Assembly (NCBI RefSeq): GCF_000150275.1
Contig: NW_002060947.1
Span: forward strand, 3,588,980-3,652,979
Length of the DNA: 64,000 nt
Direction: 5' to 3'
Origin: Trichoplax adhaerens
Lineage: Eukaryota; Animalia; Placozoa
How positions within the stretch are numbered: the first letter of the stretch is position 1; each line of letters opens with the position of its first letter. Shown in pieces: positions 1-13,600 of the stretch. A program made the position numbers and the translations under genes. Below the pieces are notes generated by a model. That model did not search any database and was not told the DNA's origin. It saw only the letters and a list, made by a program, of their open reading frames with translations.

Positions 1-720
1 ATTGCTTTAAACTAAACTACAGCACTGTATTTATTTACAGTTGAATGCTAAACAAATAAATGTTCAGTCTTCTACAGCAGAATCGATCATTCTGCAATCG
101 CGGTCCGGTCGATATTGAGCTAATTTATTCTATAGCAAAAGATTCTGCTTGATTGACTCCCACCCTGCTACCTATAACGATGGATAGATCAGTTATTCGA
201 TAATGTGCGGTGCAATAGGAGTATAGTATTGCATTGCCTTTAGACACTTTGCCATATTGTTTTGAAGTACCTTACTGCTAGTGAAAAATTGTATGCGTAG
301 GTGCAGTAAGTTAAAAATTGGTGAAAGCGTAGCAGCAGGGACTTTCTTAAACCATCAATATACAGTACAGTACAGTACTGTACTGTACAGGAGGATAAAG
401 TGACCTCGATGCAAGTGTAGGTGTCGTGTAGTGTGATCAATGCTATTGCACTCGACATACTGTAATACAGTGCGACCACTGTCGTTAGCCTTTGTACTAC
501 TGTATATTGGCATAGGAGGGTATATCTACAGTAGTAGTCCATAAAGGGACTAGCCAGATCCCCCAAAATAGTAAATTGCAGCGGATGCTATCAATATTAT
601 CTGCACATGTGTTCATGTTCCTATTGCATTGATGTAGGCTATAAAAATCACTTTCTCAACGATGCCAATGCTTGTATATACAGATGACATCAATAACAAG
701 AAGAAAGGATCTTAACTCAC

Positions 721-1010
721 CTCAAGTTGTGGATGTTACAGTAATCTTCAAACGCTCATCCAAACATGCAGACTTGCAAAATGTTAATCGCAATACTCGT
801 GCATTCGCTTCCAGACAGTTGCAAGTGTTGAGCTTTTAAATCATCCGACCTCAGTTGATATACGATAGTTGTTGATATATACGTGACAGATACAGTACTG
901 TGATGCACCGTGTTGTGACTTGTGACCCCTCGTGACCTCTGAATCTGATTCACGCAGCAGAGTTCATGTACACTGATACGAGACTCTGAACCACATAGAG
1001 TACGTTGCTA
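721..1010 (-). other. Probable non-coding first (5'UTR) exon of a minus-strand gene whose CDS lies off the left edge
   Basis: Relatively GC-rich stretch ending on the minus strand in GAG|GTGAGT (donor at 715-720), next to the TACAG array and divergent from SRA1. Only short ATG-stop ORFs. The 5' boundary is approximate. Confidence 0.35.
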
Positions 1011-1016
1011 CAATGC

Positions 1017-1300
1017 ACAGTACAATGTGGTAATCTGTACTGTGCACTGTACACTGTACAGTTCTTTTATCAGTCCGCGCAGATGTCGACCAAAAGCTGC
1101 TGACGTGTGATTGATTGCTAGGCGAAGTACTGTACTGTACAGTACATTGTACAGTACATAGTCATTAACAGTACTGTACTGTACAGTGTACAGTACTGTA
1201 CGTACAGTATTAGAAAAGATACCGGTAATTTTTCGACTAGCCTATTAGGTTATACTGTACTGTACAGTCATATAATGAAACTACAGGAATTACTGTACAG
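1017..1300. repeat. TACAG/CTGTA palindromic repeat array upstream of SRA1
   Basis: Dense runs such as gtactgtactgtacagtacattgtacagtac and cagtactgtactgtacagtgtacagtactgta; a smaller run lies at 361-389. Confidence 0.85.
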
Positions 1301-1434
1301 TAAAGTAATTAATAATAACTATTGAACCACGGCAGGCTAAACGAATCAATCAACGAACGAACCAACCAACGCACGATCGACTGGAAAACGGAATCCCAGT
1401 GACTATCGCTGCTCAATCCTGGTTCAAGAACAAG

Positions 1435-4393
1435 ATGTCAGGTATCTACTAGTAGAGCTTCATATAAAATCTCTCTCAGTCTCTCTGCTTTCCTTAAACC
1501 CTGCTAAAATAGACGCTGTGCAAATAGGGTACAACCCTAAAACCAATTTGTTAAGAATGTGAATGAATTGAAAAGGTTGTTTCCAAAATTATTCCTGGGA
1601 ATTAAATTTCCCTTTAATGCTCGCATAAGTACAGCACTGCTGTACTTATGAATGATGCAGTGATACGTGTATGTATATATACAGTATACACGTACGCGTA
1701 TATATCTATATAAAGTATAATTAGAATAATTATAATTAATGTAACATTAGTCGGAATAGCATAAACATCAATATAAACTATGACAAAATATGTGTATAAA
1801 GGCGATATTGAGTTCAATAAAGTTAAAGTATATTCTAGATAATAATTAGTAAGAATTAAATTGAGCTTGTATTATTATATGGGATGTTATGCTAATATCA
1901 TGGATTGTCAGATATGGTTTAAGACAAGTTCCGTCGAATTACTTCGTGTGATCAATCCCGATACGTATAGTATACATCGCATAAAACTATGGAGAGAAAT
2001 TCCATACTTATGACTAACAAATATCATTTTATGTAATGGAAGTGTGCCTATGTTGTGCTATATCCCTGCTACATCGTGTGTATGGACGAATGCAAGAGAA
2101 CATGCCTCTATTTTTTAGTTCCTGGCGCCATCACCAATAACACTTCCATTATGTCTACTCCATGCAAATTTCGATCGTTTCTTTGAAGGCTAAATGTTGA
2201 CATATACTCGTCCAACCTATTTGCTTTGCTACTCTATTAAATTTGAGTACAGGCGGTAGATGCTTTAAGGGGTATCATGCAATACTCTGGTTACTGATTC
2301 TTATCATTCCACCTATACCGTATTGGCCAAAGATATCTTATCTAAAGTATAATTTGAATATGCCATTGCAATTATTATTTTGACTCTACTGCAGACTACA
2401 GTCTGTGGATGAAAAACTGTGCTATGCAATGCTGTCAATTTGGAAACTGGTAGGGAACTTCATCGCCTTTATAAATCATTATACGTTTACTCTTATAAAG
2501 TTCCATTAATACAGGCATGGTGATAATCATCAGTAAAAAATATAGACAGCATAAAAGAAACAGCTTTTCCTTTTACTTCTATAACGCATATTATCATTAG
2601 ACTTGCCGTCAGCCAATAATCCTTACTTAAGTTCTAGTTTGTAATGTCTTCGTCACCAATCTTAATTTGTAACACTTAGGGAGACCGACAGTGCGAATTA
2701 CTATAGCTAGCTCATAAGAACATTCACGAATACCCTATCCTATTATATAATTATAGGCCAGGAACCGTTTGTTATAGCAACCATTTCAAAGGACGTGAAT
2801 ATGGAAGCAGAATCTCGATATTCAGCTATTTTATAAGAATCATTTCAATGCGTCTACGTAGAAATCAATTCGAGTACAAATGGAACAGAGACTACTATGA
2901 AAGCCCTAGCTAAGCTATAACAACAAAAACACCACGAAACCCATTTTCGTGATAGTCAGCTTACAGTGGCCATTCATAAAGAAAAACTCTTATATATACG
3001 GTTCACGATACGGTAGATAAACGAAAATACTATATCAAGTTCTAGAATTTATACTTTTATCTTGACTGCTCGTAGAATGCAATATATTCGAAAATGAGTT
3101 TCATTTTTTATGGATACGCATATTTATTTAGGCTTTAAAGCAACTATCCCATAATATCAAATCTAAACTATACTATAGCAACATGATTGTACTTGTAATT
3201 ACGAACTTCAATTGATAATAAGTCTTTAATCAATATTATTATTAATAATGGTAACAGAACGAGGATGGAATGATCCGCCTGATTTTTTATTCCAAAATAA
3301 CAAACCTACAAGTGATGTACCACGACTATACCGCTTATATGGCAAAAGGCAAACGCCTTCGGGTGCGATTCCTGCCAATAACCGTAAGTTGAAATCGATA
3401 TAATCTTAAGTCAAAAATATTATGAATATATGGAATCACTTTTCGATACTTTTTTAAATTCTATATCTGACAGTCACCACAAATTTCTTAAACAAAGACA
3501 ATGGACCCCCAATTTCCGTAGCTCCTCCTATCGTTCATACAGATAAATCGAAAGAAAACAATCTCGCCGACGATACTAGTCATCAATCCTTGTCCTCAAC
3601 TACTAGTGTAAGCCTCACTGTTGATGAAATGACCGGATGCCTTAAAAATATGTTGGATAAATGTAAAGAATCGTTGGATGTAAGCGATTATGTTCTAATT
3701 CATGTCTTAAATAACTCAAATAACACACTGTATAACATTACCTAGTTATGCCAGTGCTATAGTTACAGTATACGAGTATATATACAAAGATTATAATTTG
3801 ATGCACCAGTGTGCTAGAATATTGTTTACAGCAATTGACTCACAGGTTGTATACCGCTTTAAAATTTTCATGTTGTCATTTGACGCGATACTTTTTATCA
3901 TTAGGTGGAGGCGATAGCTGATATTGAGAAAAGATTGCAGGAAATGGAGTCCAAATGGCGTTCAAATCTACTATCAAAATCTACCATTGATGCATTATCG
4001 ACAATTTATGATGGTGAGACTAAGAAATTCCGGCAATTTTCACTTTATGTCTAGCAGGATTATTTACTTTTATTGTAAAAGTAAATCTTTCTGATGCAAA
4101 AGTGCAGCTGCTCTTGTTAATAACTGTAATCATTCTAAATTTATAGCAATAAAGGATGGTAGCAATTATGAGAAAGCTAGCGAAGTCTGTACTGCTTTGG
4201 CTAAGAACAATGTTGAAGAAGTAATTTTTAATTAGTAGTACTGTATTTAATATCAAACAATCGAGTCTATAAAATTATGTTCCTACAACTCGAAAATGAC
4301 CTCGCTTTGATTCTTTCAATAATAATTTTTTATCATGGAAAGGTTGGTCCTTGGATACCTGGAATACACCGACTGATACAACAACGTCTTTGA
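1435..4393 (+). CDS. SRA1: Steroid receptor RNA activator protein (SRA1/SRAP) homologue, 6 exons
   Basis: Exons 1435-1441, 3258-3383, 3474-3679, 3905-4013, 4147-4220, 4343-4393 join in frame with GT-AG introns. Product: MSERGWNDPP...ADIEKRLQEMESKWRSNLLS...EEVGPWIPGIHRLIQQRL*. The ERGWNDPP motif and the C-terminal helical domain (cf. human WMVGVKRLI) are SRA1 hallmarks. An in-frame ATG at 3248 is an alternative start. Missed by the ORF track. Confidence 0.88.
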
Positions 4394-4875
4394 GTCTCAT
4401 CGCCTTTCTACTATGACTTTTATGTGGAACATTTATGAGACATATATATGTATTTTTCATACTAGGAGATTTCGTCATATAGTACAAAAGATATGACTGT
4501 TATACAATGTAATGCATCGAAGTGATATTATAAGCCATACGAGTGTTAAATCAAAAATAAGCAGGTTTTGAATTTCATCTAATATATAACATAATTACTT
4601 CACTGCTTCTGTTACCTCCCTTACTCGAAATAATGTTATATTATATTATTACCTCTAAAGACTCGATAGTTGTATTTCTTACAGTAGATATGACTTTACT
4701 GTAACTATGAAGTATGACTGTATACCTATGAACGACTTCAGCACCTTCTTTGCCATTGTATAAGACATTGATTTGGTCAGCCATTATAACATTTTATTAT
4801 ATCTATTATTGCAACCTGAAAGCTAACACCATATCTATCATTAATACAGTAGAAAACTAGTTCCATGTATTGTGT

Positions 4876-7800
4876 TCACATTTCATTAGGTTTCAGTGAT
4901 GAAGTTGTACTCGTATTTTCATCCTCATTATCTTCCATTCGGATTTCTTCGTTTTCTTCGCAGCCGGAAAATCCAGCATTCTCTCCAGTTTCTTTACCAT
5001 TCTTTTGCGGAGAAGTATCATCGATAATGATATCTTCAGGATCAGGAGGAGAAGGAATAAACTCTTCATTAGGACAAATGTTATGGTACATATTTTCTGC
5101 CTAAATAAGCATAGTAAATACACGAATGGTGTCAAAAAATAACTTTTGCAGAACAACGTCATTTAAAACTAGTCTGCTATAACACCTAGATTCATAGACC
5201 AGCTAAAGTATATTAGACGTAATATATGATTACTCAAGAACTAATCACCAATCAAATCAATCACTAAAGTGATTGATCTTGAGAGTATTAGATAACACAA
5301 GACATGTACCTTTGCTACGATAGATTTAAAACTCATTTCGCTATCTATTGGATCTACGGTTAAAATGTTTGATGGCAGTCTCTCCTTCACATTGTAACCA
5401 ATTTGATTAAAATAAGTACACCATAAGACTTTTGGCTTTTTGTTACCATCTTTACCTAATAAGATTAACAAATTTGTTACCAAAGCTGCTAAAACACTCA
5501 ATATATTTAAATATAGTATTCCACCAACAGCGATTCTAACTAATTAGCAATACATATTATGTCTAGTTTTACATTCTAATGCTTAGTATTGTGTGGAAAT
5601 TTTCCATACCAACTTTAAATTTAATAAGTCAGTAAAAGTATTACGCACCACTTTTGTTTCATTATGTATATGAAGAGTTACCTGAATTTTCTTCAAAATT
5701 AAATAAAGAGTCGGTAACTTCTTGTAGATCATCTTTAGCATTCGATTTCATTAAGCAGGTTAGGTGCACGATATCTATAGATTGAATATAAATTTTAAGC
5801 TGTAAGATATCGAATAAGGTAGCAAGTTACTACTAGCAACAGATTAATGACCATGTTGATTTCCTTTCACTCGAGTTGCCTGCTGATTCTTATGACAGTA
5901 ATAATAATTACAATATATTATATAATCAAGTGTACTTCAATATACATTGTAAACTTACACAATCCCTCAGGACATGCCATAGAGCCAGCAGAAATTTCTA
6001 GTCCACGTATTAAATAACTAAGATCACTGGAAGGTAGGGAGAATAAAATCACCTAAGTAAATGAAAAATAGATAAGTTACATTTTTCTTATCGTAATACT
6101 TATATAGTGAAGGCTCAATTAATTATCTTATACCAATTTATATTTCGAAGTTACAGTCATGCCTACCTCATCTGTTTCAGTAGGGTAAATTGATTTGTTG
6201 GTAATAAATATAGCTCGAGATATTGATTTTTCTTTATCGGGTTCATCAGATAAAAGGGCAGACGGTAAATAACTACTGTCAATGATGACATTACTGCAAA
6301 AGAGTACAACTATATTAGTGCGCATAATTACATAAGTAAAGCTATTAAACTTAATGAATTTGCACCAGATCTCCTTACATTACCTGCAGGATATTTTCTG
6401 CCCTTCATCAGTAATAATTCCTGTACATCTGTATTCGTACATACATTAAATTATCAATGGTGGATGCTTTAATTTATAATTAGTCAACACTTATCTCTAC
6501 TTTCTTTACGGCATACCTATTCGAAGTCTCATCAATAATTAACGAAGGTACTGTCATCCGTAAGCAATAGATGCCACCAAAGACAGCGCAAAGTCTATGC
6601 ATTTTGATCGATTTACATAGGGATTAATAACGGTGTATACACACGTAAACACTGTCGATAGCCTGATGTTAGTACGGAGATTATTTTACGACACCATCTT
6701 ACCGACAGAAAGCTTGCGGCAACTCTGCAACCCCATATAATGGCCACAGAAAAGGGGTTTCTCCAAATCGGCCGAGAGACTGCAAAAAACATTGTGCAGC
6801 AGCTAATCCCTAAGTAAAAATTAGTTATTATTGAATTTAGACCAAAGTACTATAGCAACATTTCCCATAACCATATAAGAACAATATGACAAAATTATAC
6901 AGTGTAGTGTTCTGATATAAAACTAAACACAATAAGTATCAGACACAATTTCTATAATTATTTGCTGAATTTGGTAGCAGTAATCGTATAAATTTGCCAT
7001 CGTGTAAAGTGAAACAATACTAAGATGAATCAATTCAATTTCATTCGGCCTCAAATACCTCAATAGTTGTAACGTTTTTTTCCACCATTGCTATACAATG
7101 AATAATAAAATGTTGTAAATCCTCACTGAGACGCCAAGACTTGAGATAATCAGAAAAAGGTCGCTGTTCATATTCTGTTTAAAATCAGAAATCATTAATA
7201 TAGCCACTACAATATAATAATACTTTGTCAGTTATACGATTTACGAGATTAATCGACGATATTCAATAATGTAAGTGTGGATATCAATAAGTATTCTCTA
7301 GGCTGAATTACGAGATATCATTGATGTAATTAATTTTTAAGACCTTTAAATTTATCTTCGTGCTTTTCATACTCTATGCAAAAGCTCAAAAATTTCATCA
7401 GCATTCTTTTTTCTAACATTGACATTAAATTGGTGGAAAAGACTTCAGATCTCGAACAAGGTACCTAGAACGTGAAGTACGCCTTAAAGGTTTATCATTT
7501 ACGGAAAACGTATAGGCTATTAGATGATTTCAATTTCGATCAAAAAAAGTAGAGGCTAATATCGAATTTTTAATACCTGGACGAGTCGATTGCCTCTATA
7601 AGTTAAAATTTTTGTTACACATTTGAATTCGACATAGCGAGCAACTTTGGACTTAATTAATAATTCCACAAGAGGTCCCCGGCACAACAATAACTTAACG
7701 AAGAAATAAAATGAATAAATATACAATTAAAGAGAGCATACAGTGTGAACAAAATTACTAGACTAATTATATAGGATATTTCAAGCGAGAAATCCATCAA

Positions 7801-10183
7801 GAAATAATCATATGAAAAACCTTCGGCAATAAATCTATACTAAAGCGCCTCCATAGATCTTTTAAATCTTGATACGTAAATTCTTTTGCTGTCCTATCTC
7901 TAATTGCTTGGTTTGAACCGACTTGATCAGCTACGCCAGAGGACGGAGCTTGTAATTGGGGTGATTTAGAATTTTCACTCTTATCTGCGTCATGTTGATT
8001 TGGTGTCTTTTCAACATCTTCTACGATACAAAAGGAATAATAAATTATGTATATTAATCTATACTAAGGGGTATCTATAGTTCTTTTAAATATTTGATAA
8101 GCAAATTCTTTGACCGTTTATGTCTAATTGCTCGACTCTGAATCGACTTGAGCTGCTGTACCTGAAGATGGATCTTGGGATTGCGGCGATTCAGAACTTT
8201 CATCGTTATCAGCATCACGTTGACTTTGGGCCATTTCAATTTCTTCTATATTATATATTTCATCACCGTCAGTACTCCTATCATCTTTCATTATCTCTGG
8301 AGCTTTATCACAGTAGCATTCCACTTCAAGATTTAATGTAGTTAATACATCATTGGATAATAGTAGGCGTTTCTGATTTGTATCGGTATCCTGAATATAT
8401 GGCGGTAGCTTTTCACCAGACTTTAAATTCTATCAATGTGATTATAACGTATCGAATTTTATTTCGATAATACTATAAGAAGTATTTGATATCGAATTCT
8501 TGTACTATAGCTACTAGGTTATACCCTTGCTTTTTCAATCCATGCTAACAACTTATCAAACGTAAATGCAGCCCACTGTCCGCCATAGTAATCGTTCCTA
8601 ATCGTGAAATAAATAATTAATATAGTATGTTGGCTGTTTCTGAAAGATGTAAACGCCTACATAGGTGATTCTAACAAGATAATTTTAAAAGTAAAAGAGT
8701 AAGGAAGTTACTTCGTGCAGTTGTATGCACGGGATAATACAGTATAAGTAATATATTCTGGCAGTGTTTATGAATCATTAAAATATATCTTACACCTAAT
8801 TATTTAAGTCATTGTAAGTATTGGCTATAGTAGTGCTTAAAGAACTAGTTATATTCAGCCTCTAGTCATTCAATTTCCGAATTATTTTATATTATATTAG
8901 TGACTGTTTTTGCTATGCCTATGAGCACGCTCATATACTGTACAAGCAAAATTTTAACAGAAGATAATACTTTGATGAGATCTATGAGTATTAGTATCGA
9001 ATTTTGAATGCAGTACAAATCGCCAAAACTTGTTTCGTTGGGTAAAAACATAAATACACAAATCTCTAACTTTCGATGCATACGTAGTTAATTGCACAGT
9101 TGTACAATGGTATAAAAAGAATAATACATATCTAAAATAATAATTATTATATATTAATTACAGCTGTTATCTATGTGAGTATTTCTTAATCAATTTGCGA
9201 ATATTAAGCATCTTTATACAATCATTATGTTTATTATTAAAGTATAATAATAATTATTATAGAGTCTTACTTATCGACATGAAGTACTTTTTTACCAATT
9301 CGGGTTAAAGCTGCAGCAGTAATTGCTTCGCTTAATCCTAGTTAATAACCAAATATAGAATTAGTATTGAAAGGTCTTACCTTCAAGGTTAGAATATGGT
9401 ATTACAAACATGTAGCTCAGATTGATCACCAAAACTTATTTGCACATTCAAATGATTTCAAGATGCAAACACGACGATGATTTGTGTAGATTATCATCCG
9501 TGAATGTGTTTAGTACGGTACAGGAAGTCAGCTTACCTACGGATAAATTCGATTTACAATGAATAGCGATTACTATCACCTAAATTTCGAACTACAGTGT
9601 AAGGTTGGGTGATACTATTAATCCATGATTGGCCGCTGCATTATAATTGTATGAATATATCATGCAATTATTAATCTACTGTTGCTCCATAGAATGAGTT
9701 ATCCGTATTACAGGTATACTGTACTGGTATAGTAGTAAGAAAACCTATTTGGTCAATCAATCAATCGATCAATTGGATATTTTATCAAAATTGAGAAGTG
9801 ACATGCTGTAAATTCTTTTCTATACTGTTTGCTGTCTCAATCCCCATGGACTAGTACGTTTACTGTAGGTAGAACACATTCACCGCGAACGATTGTAGAT
9901 GATTAACATCATAAGCTTCCTAGGGTTATCGATTGTTATGATTAATGTTATTGTAGTATTATTTATTATATGGGTTCTCTCTTCTTTAGTGATTCTTGAC
10001 GCCATGAATGAAATACGAAAGGTCAACTAGTTGGATATCATATCGTTCCGTATAAAATATATAGTTTGGCTTTATCATTTCAAGAAATCAATCAGTTCAA
10101 TACTGAATATCTAGGCTAAAAATGTTACTTTTACCTGTGCCTATAACGATTACGTCAAATTCGGTAGGTAGATCATCGGCCAT
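4876..10183 (-). CDS. CHM: Rab escort protein (Rab geranylgeranyltransferase component A, REP/CHM), multi-exon
   Basis: [17 protein letters not shown] / [21 protein letters not shown] / [14 protein letters not shown]-terminus, a long acidic insert (8124-8324) that distinguishes REP from Rab-[15 protein letters not shown], and C-terminal [18 protein letters not shown]. Confidence 0.93.
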
Positions 10184-10262
10184 TGTGTCTGCTACTCGCA
10201 ATGGTACGAATGAAATGATGTCACAACTGCGGTTGTGCTCACCACTTGATTTCATAGGAATA

Positions 10263-10488
10263 CTATACAGTCCAGTACACACAGTGTACAGTGTACAATG
10301 CACGGTACATTCTACGGTACATGTACTGGATATGTACTGTACAGTATGATACCGTACAGTGTACAGTGTACAGTACAGCACAACAGATCTCTGCAAACGA
10401 TGTTGAAATGTACTGTAAGCAAAGGACTGTACTACAGTAGTACTGTACTGTACTGTACTGTACAGTCCTACTGCGAGTACCGTACTGC
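10263..10488. repeat. TACAG/CTGTA repeat array in the CHM/NUP98 divergent promoter
   Basis: cagtgtacagtgtacagtacag and gtactgtactgtactgtactgtacag between two head-to-head ATGs about 510 bp apart. Confidence 0.85.
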
Positions 10489-10693
10489 GCGAAGTTAGGG
10501 CCAAAACGCTGAAATCAGACTGCCTACTAAGCATTTCAAATAACTTTCCTGCTGGCACATTGGTGCACTGGCGGCAAAATGAAGCTGTAAAATTGAAGTC
10601 CTTGTGCTGTGATAACGAAAAACTGTGTGATTTAACAGTTGACTTGGTTTGAAAAAGCCGTTGGAAAAGAATTCTAAAATCTTATTAACAGCT

Positions 10694-13600
10694 ATGTTCG
10701 GATCAACAAATGCAAGTACTCCCTTTGGCGGTAATCAAAGCGGATTTACTGCTACCTCTGGTAAATAACTATACTACATATCGTTCACTTCTAGTTTAGA
10801 AGCTATTGTATGTGTACCGATGTACTGTATTGGAGTATGATACACTGTACTATATTTGCGTTGGAGCGAAATTCGCTGTCAAATTCTTGAATAACTTTTG
10901 CCGAAAACGATAAATTACCAATAAAAATCCACTTGATAATTAATATAGGATCAGTGACCAACTCAAAGTATGATTTGTATACAATATTAACTCATAATAG
11001 CTGTCTTCTAGTTGATTTTCATACCAATCATAATGTACACTAGTAAACTGACTTCAGTGACTGAGAGATCCATGACCCAAGCATTCTCGCGTTAACCGAA
11101 CTCAATCCCACAAGTAAAGATAAAATCAACATTCTGCTTGAAAATGACAATATAATTGAGCATTGATCGATATATCATTATGATTTTGAAGTGCAGCTGA
11201 CTTAAAAGTCCTCAATTTTTGTAAGACAGCTATCGATTCATCCATCATACACTACCGTAAACCGTCAGGTAAAGTGAATATGCGCAGCTACTTATTAATT
11301 TGAAAATGACTTACCGGCTGATGCAAATTGTGGCTACAGCTGTTTTTCACTTGCTGATACTGTTATACTCTATAGTACTCGGCTTTCAATAGACAAAAAA
11401 TACGTAGAACAATCTATAAAGTGTACGGATGCCATTCCTAGTCCTTTTCTCATTCTCTTGATGATGAAATAGATCAATATCCTATATAAGTCTACACCTG
11501 AACTAAAAATAATCATGTTATTCTTGCTTTTTATAGGTGGTCTATTTGGTCAGTCAAGTACTAATACATTTGGTGCGTAACTAAGACATCACCTACTAGT
11601 CGGATAAAATTAATTGCCCTACAATAGTGAAAAACCTACTGAGTAAGAGGTTGCAAACGGTCTTAGCAGTTGCACTGATATCAACCTGATTTCATCTAAT
11701 ATTGATTATAAAATAATGAACTGAAGCGCGTACTACTGTAGTATTTGGCGATAATCAACAGTAACTTCATGCTGGAAAAATTTGACCCAGTTTCTTACCA
11801 TTCCTTAAAACTGAGCGTCATATTTACGACTTAGCGCACTACAAAAGTGATAATGCCATCTATTACATTTCACCTTTTATCGGAGTAGTACAAAGGGAAG
11901 GGATACTAGCATCGAGTTTACATCTGTGAACGCTTCTCCCAATCGGCTCCTTTTTGTCCGAATAATGGACCATACCAGATTTGATTTACTCAAATAAGAT
12001 TTACTAAGCAATTAAGCTGTAGTAACTGTTACATCTACTATTTGGTATGCCTGATTACTTTCTAAATTAAATTATGATCTTGGATATTAAATGTAATATA
12101 CACAAGTTACTATTCAATAATCTCGTCAGACTAGATCAGATAGTATACATACAGTATAGACGCGTATACATTATATATATGTACTTTTCAGCTATAATAG
12201 TTAATCTTGGTATACACAGTATTGTATGATGGTTAAGCTATTAGGATTATTAAATAACTACTACCGTAATAGTCTAGAAGATAGTTATTGCTTTACAGTT
12301 AATCAGAATAACAGTCTTTTAAATGGTATTATCTAGCTTAAAATCTCCTCGAGGATGAGGACAATGATGGTATAGCACAACTTTTATTCTGTTATTTCCG
12401 TATGGTAAATAATTAAGTTTCAGATCATCACTGTATATTCTGTGATTGGAAGTTTGGAATACTAGATTTTAGCTTCATAGTTAAATAAATTCCATCAGTC
12501 TAAAAGGTCTGAATGATTGTTTTCAAGAATACAAATGATTGGAGTTCAGATTACTGTATACGGTAGCAGGCTTACCAACAGTGTAGTGTATAGCAGGTTG
12601 CAAGCCTCGGACCTGACGGTGTAATGTGTGCAAATTACCTATTTAAGGCACAGCTGGGCGTGTGAGTTCGGCATTTTGGTTCAATACAATCATTAAATTA
12701 AGGTCGATCCTGACCAACTATACAGTACACTTCTTACTGCTATGGAAGTGTTATTGAAAATACTGTACTGCGAAAGCTAGTAGCTGTTGCTTATTTCATA
12801 TTGACTGGATTACTTAAGATTTATGCCTTGATTTGAACAGGCTCTGGTAGCACTGGTTTTGGTACTTCTACAACAAGTGGCTTTGGCAATACTGGTGGTG
12901 GATTTGGCACACAATCGAAGTCGTTGTTTGGTAATACGGCTACTACGAGTGCAAGTGGAGGACTGTTTGGTACATCTGGTAATCAAGTAAATCCTAGTAC
13001 CAGTTTCGGTGGTAGTGGATTTGGTGGATTTGGTAACATGACGAATACTAGCAACTCCGGTAGCAATTTCTTCTCAAATACTAATACAAATACATCACAA
13101 TCTAGCAATTTATTTGGAAACAATACGAATAATACATTTGGAGGTTAGAAATTGCAATTATGTCAACTTTATGATAAACGACCTATGGCTTTAATGAGAT
13201 ATCGTTGCTTTTATGGACGCAATATCAGCAATATATTTAAATCTGCTAAAGTAATTATGTTGCATTAATAGTATTCATTATCCACTGGCTGAATTGACAT
13301 GATAATTCTATTAAATCTAGATACATCATTACTATAATTACAAATCATTGTCCGATCTAAAAATCTCGATGGAGCCACGAATAAGGCGCATTTGCTTTAA
13401 TTTGATGTTTCGCACCTTGCTATGTAATCATCTGTACACGCAAAATACCCTATTAGCATCTTTCCTAAAGTACAATAAACGCGTATATCTGGAGTTACAG
13501 ACTTACAGTGATCACTCGCAATGGGTGATGTAGTCAATTTTGAGCGTTTAAGAATAAATAATGGATGGTTTGTCATGACGTCATTGCCACCCATATAGCT

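Noticed and set aside
10097-10558. ORFs rich in TVQY/STVLYC (also 240-566, 28675-28956, 54665-54970)
   Set aside because: Translations of the TACAG arrays. Only [17 protein letters not shown] within 10097-10558 is a real CHM exon.
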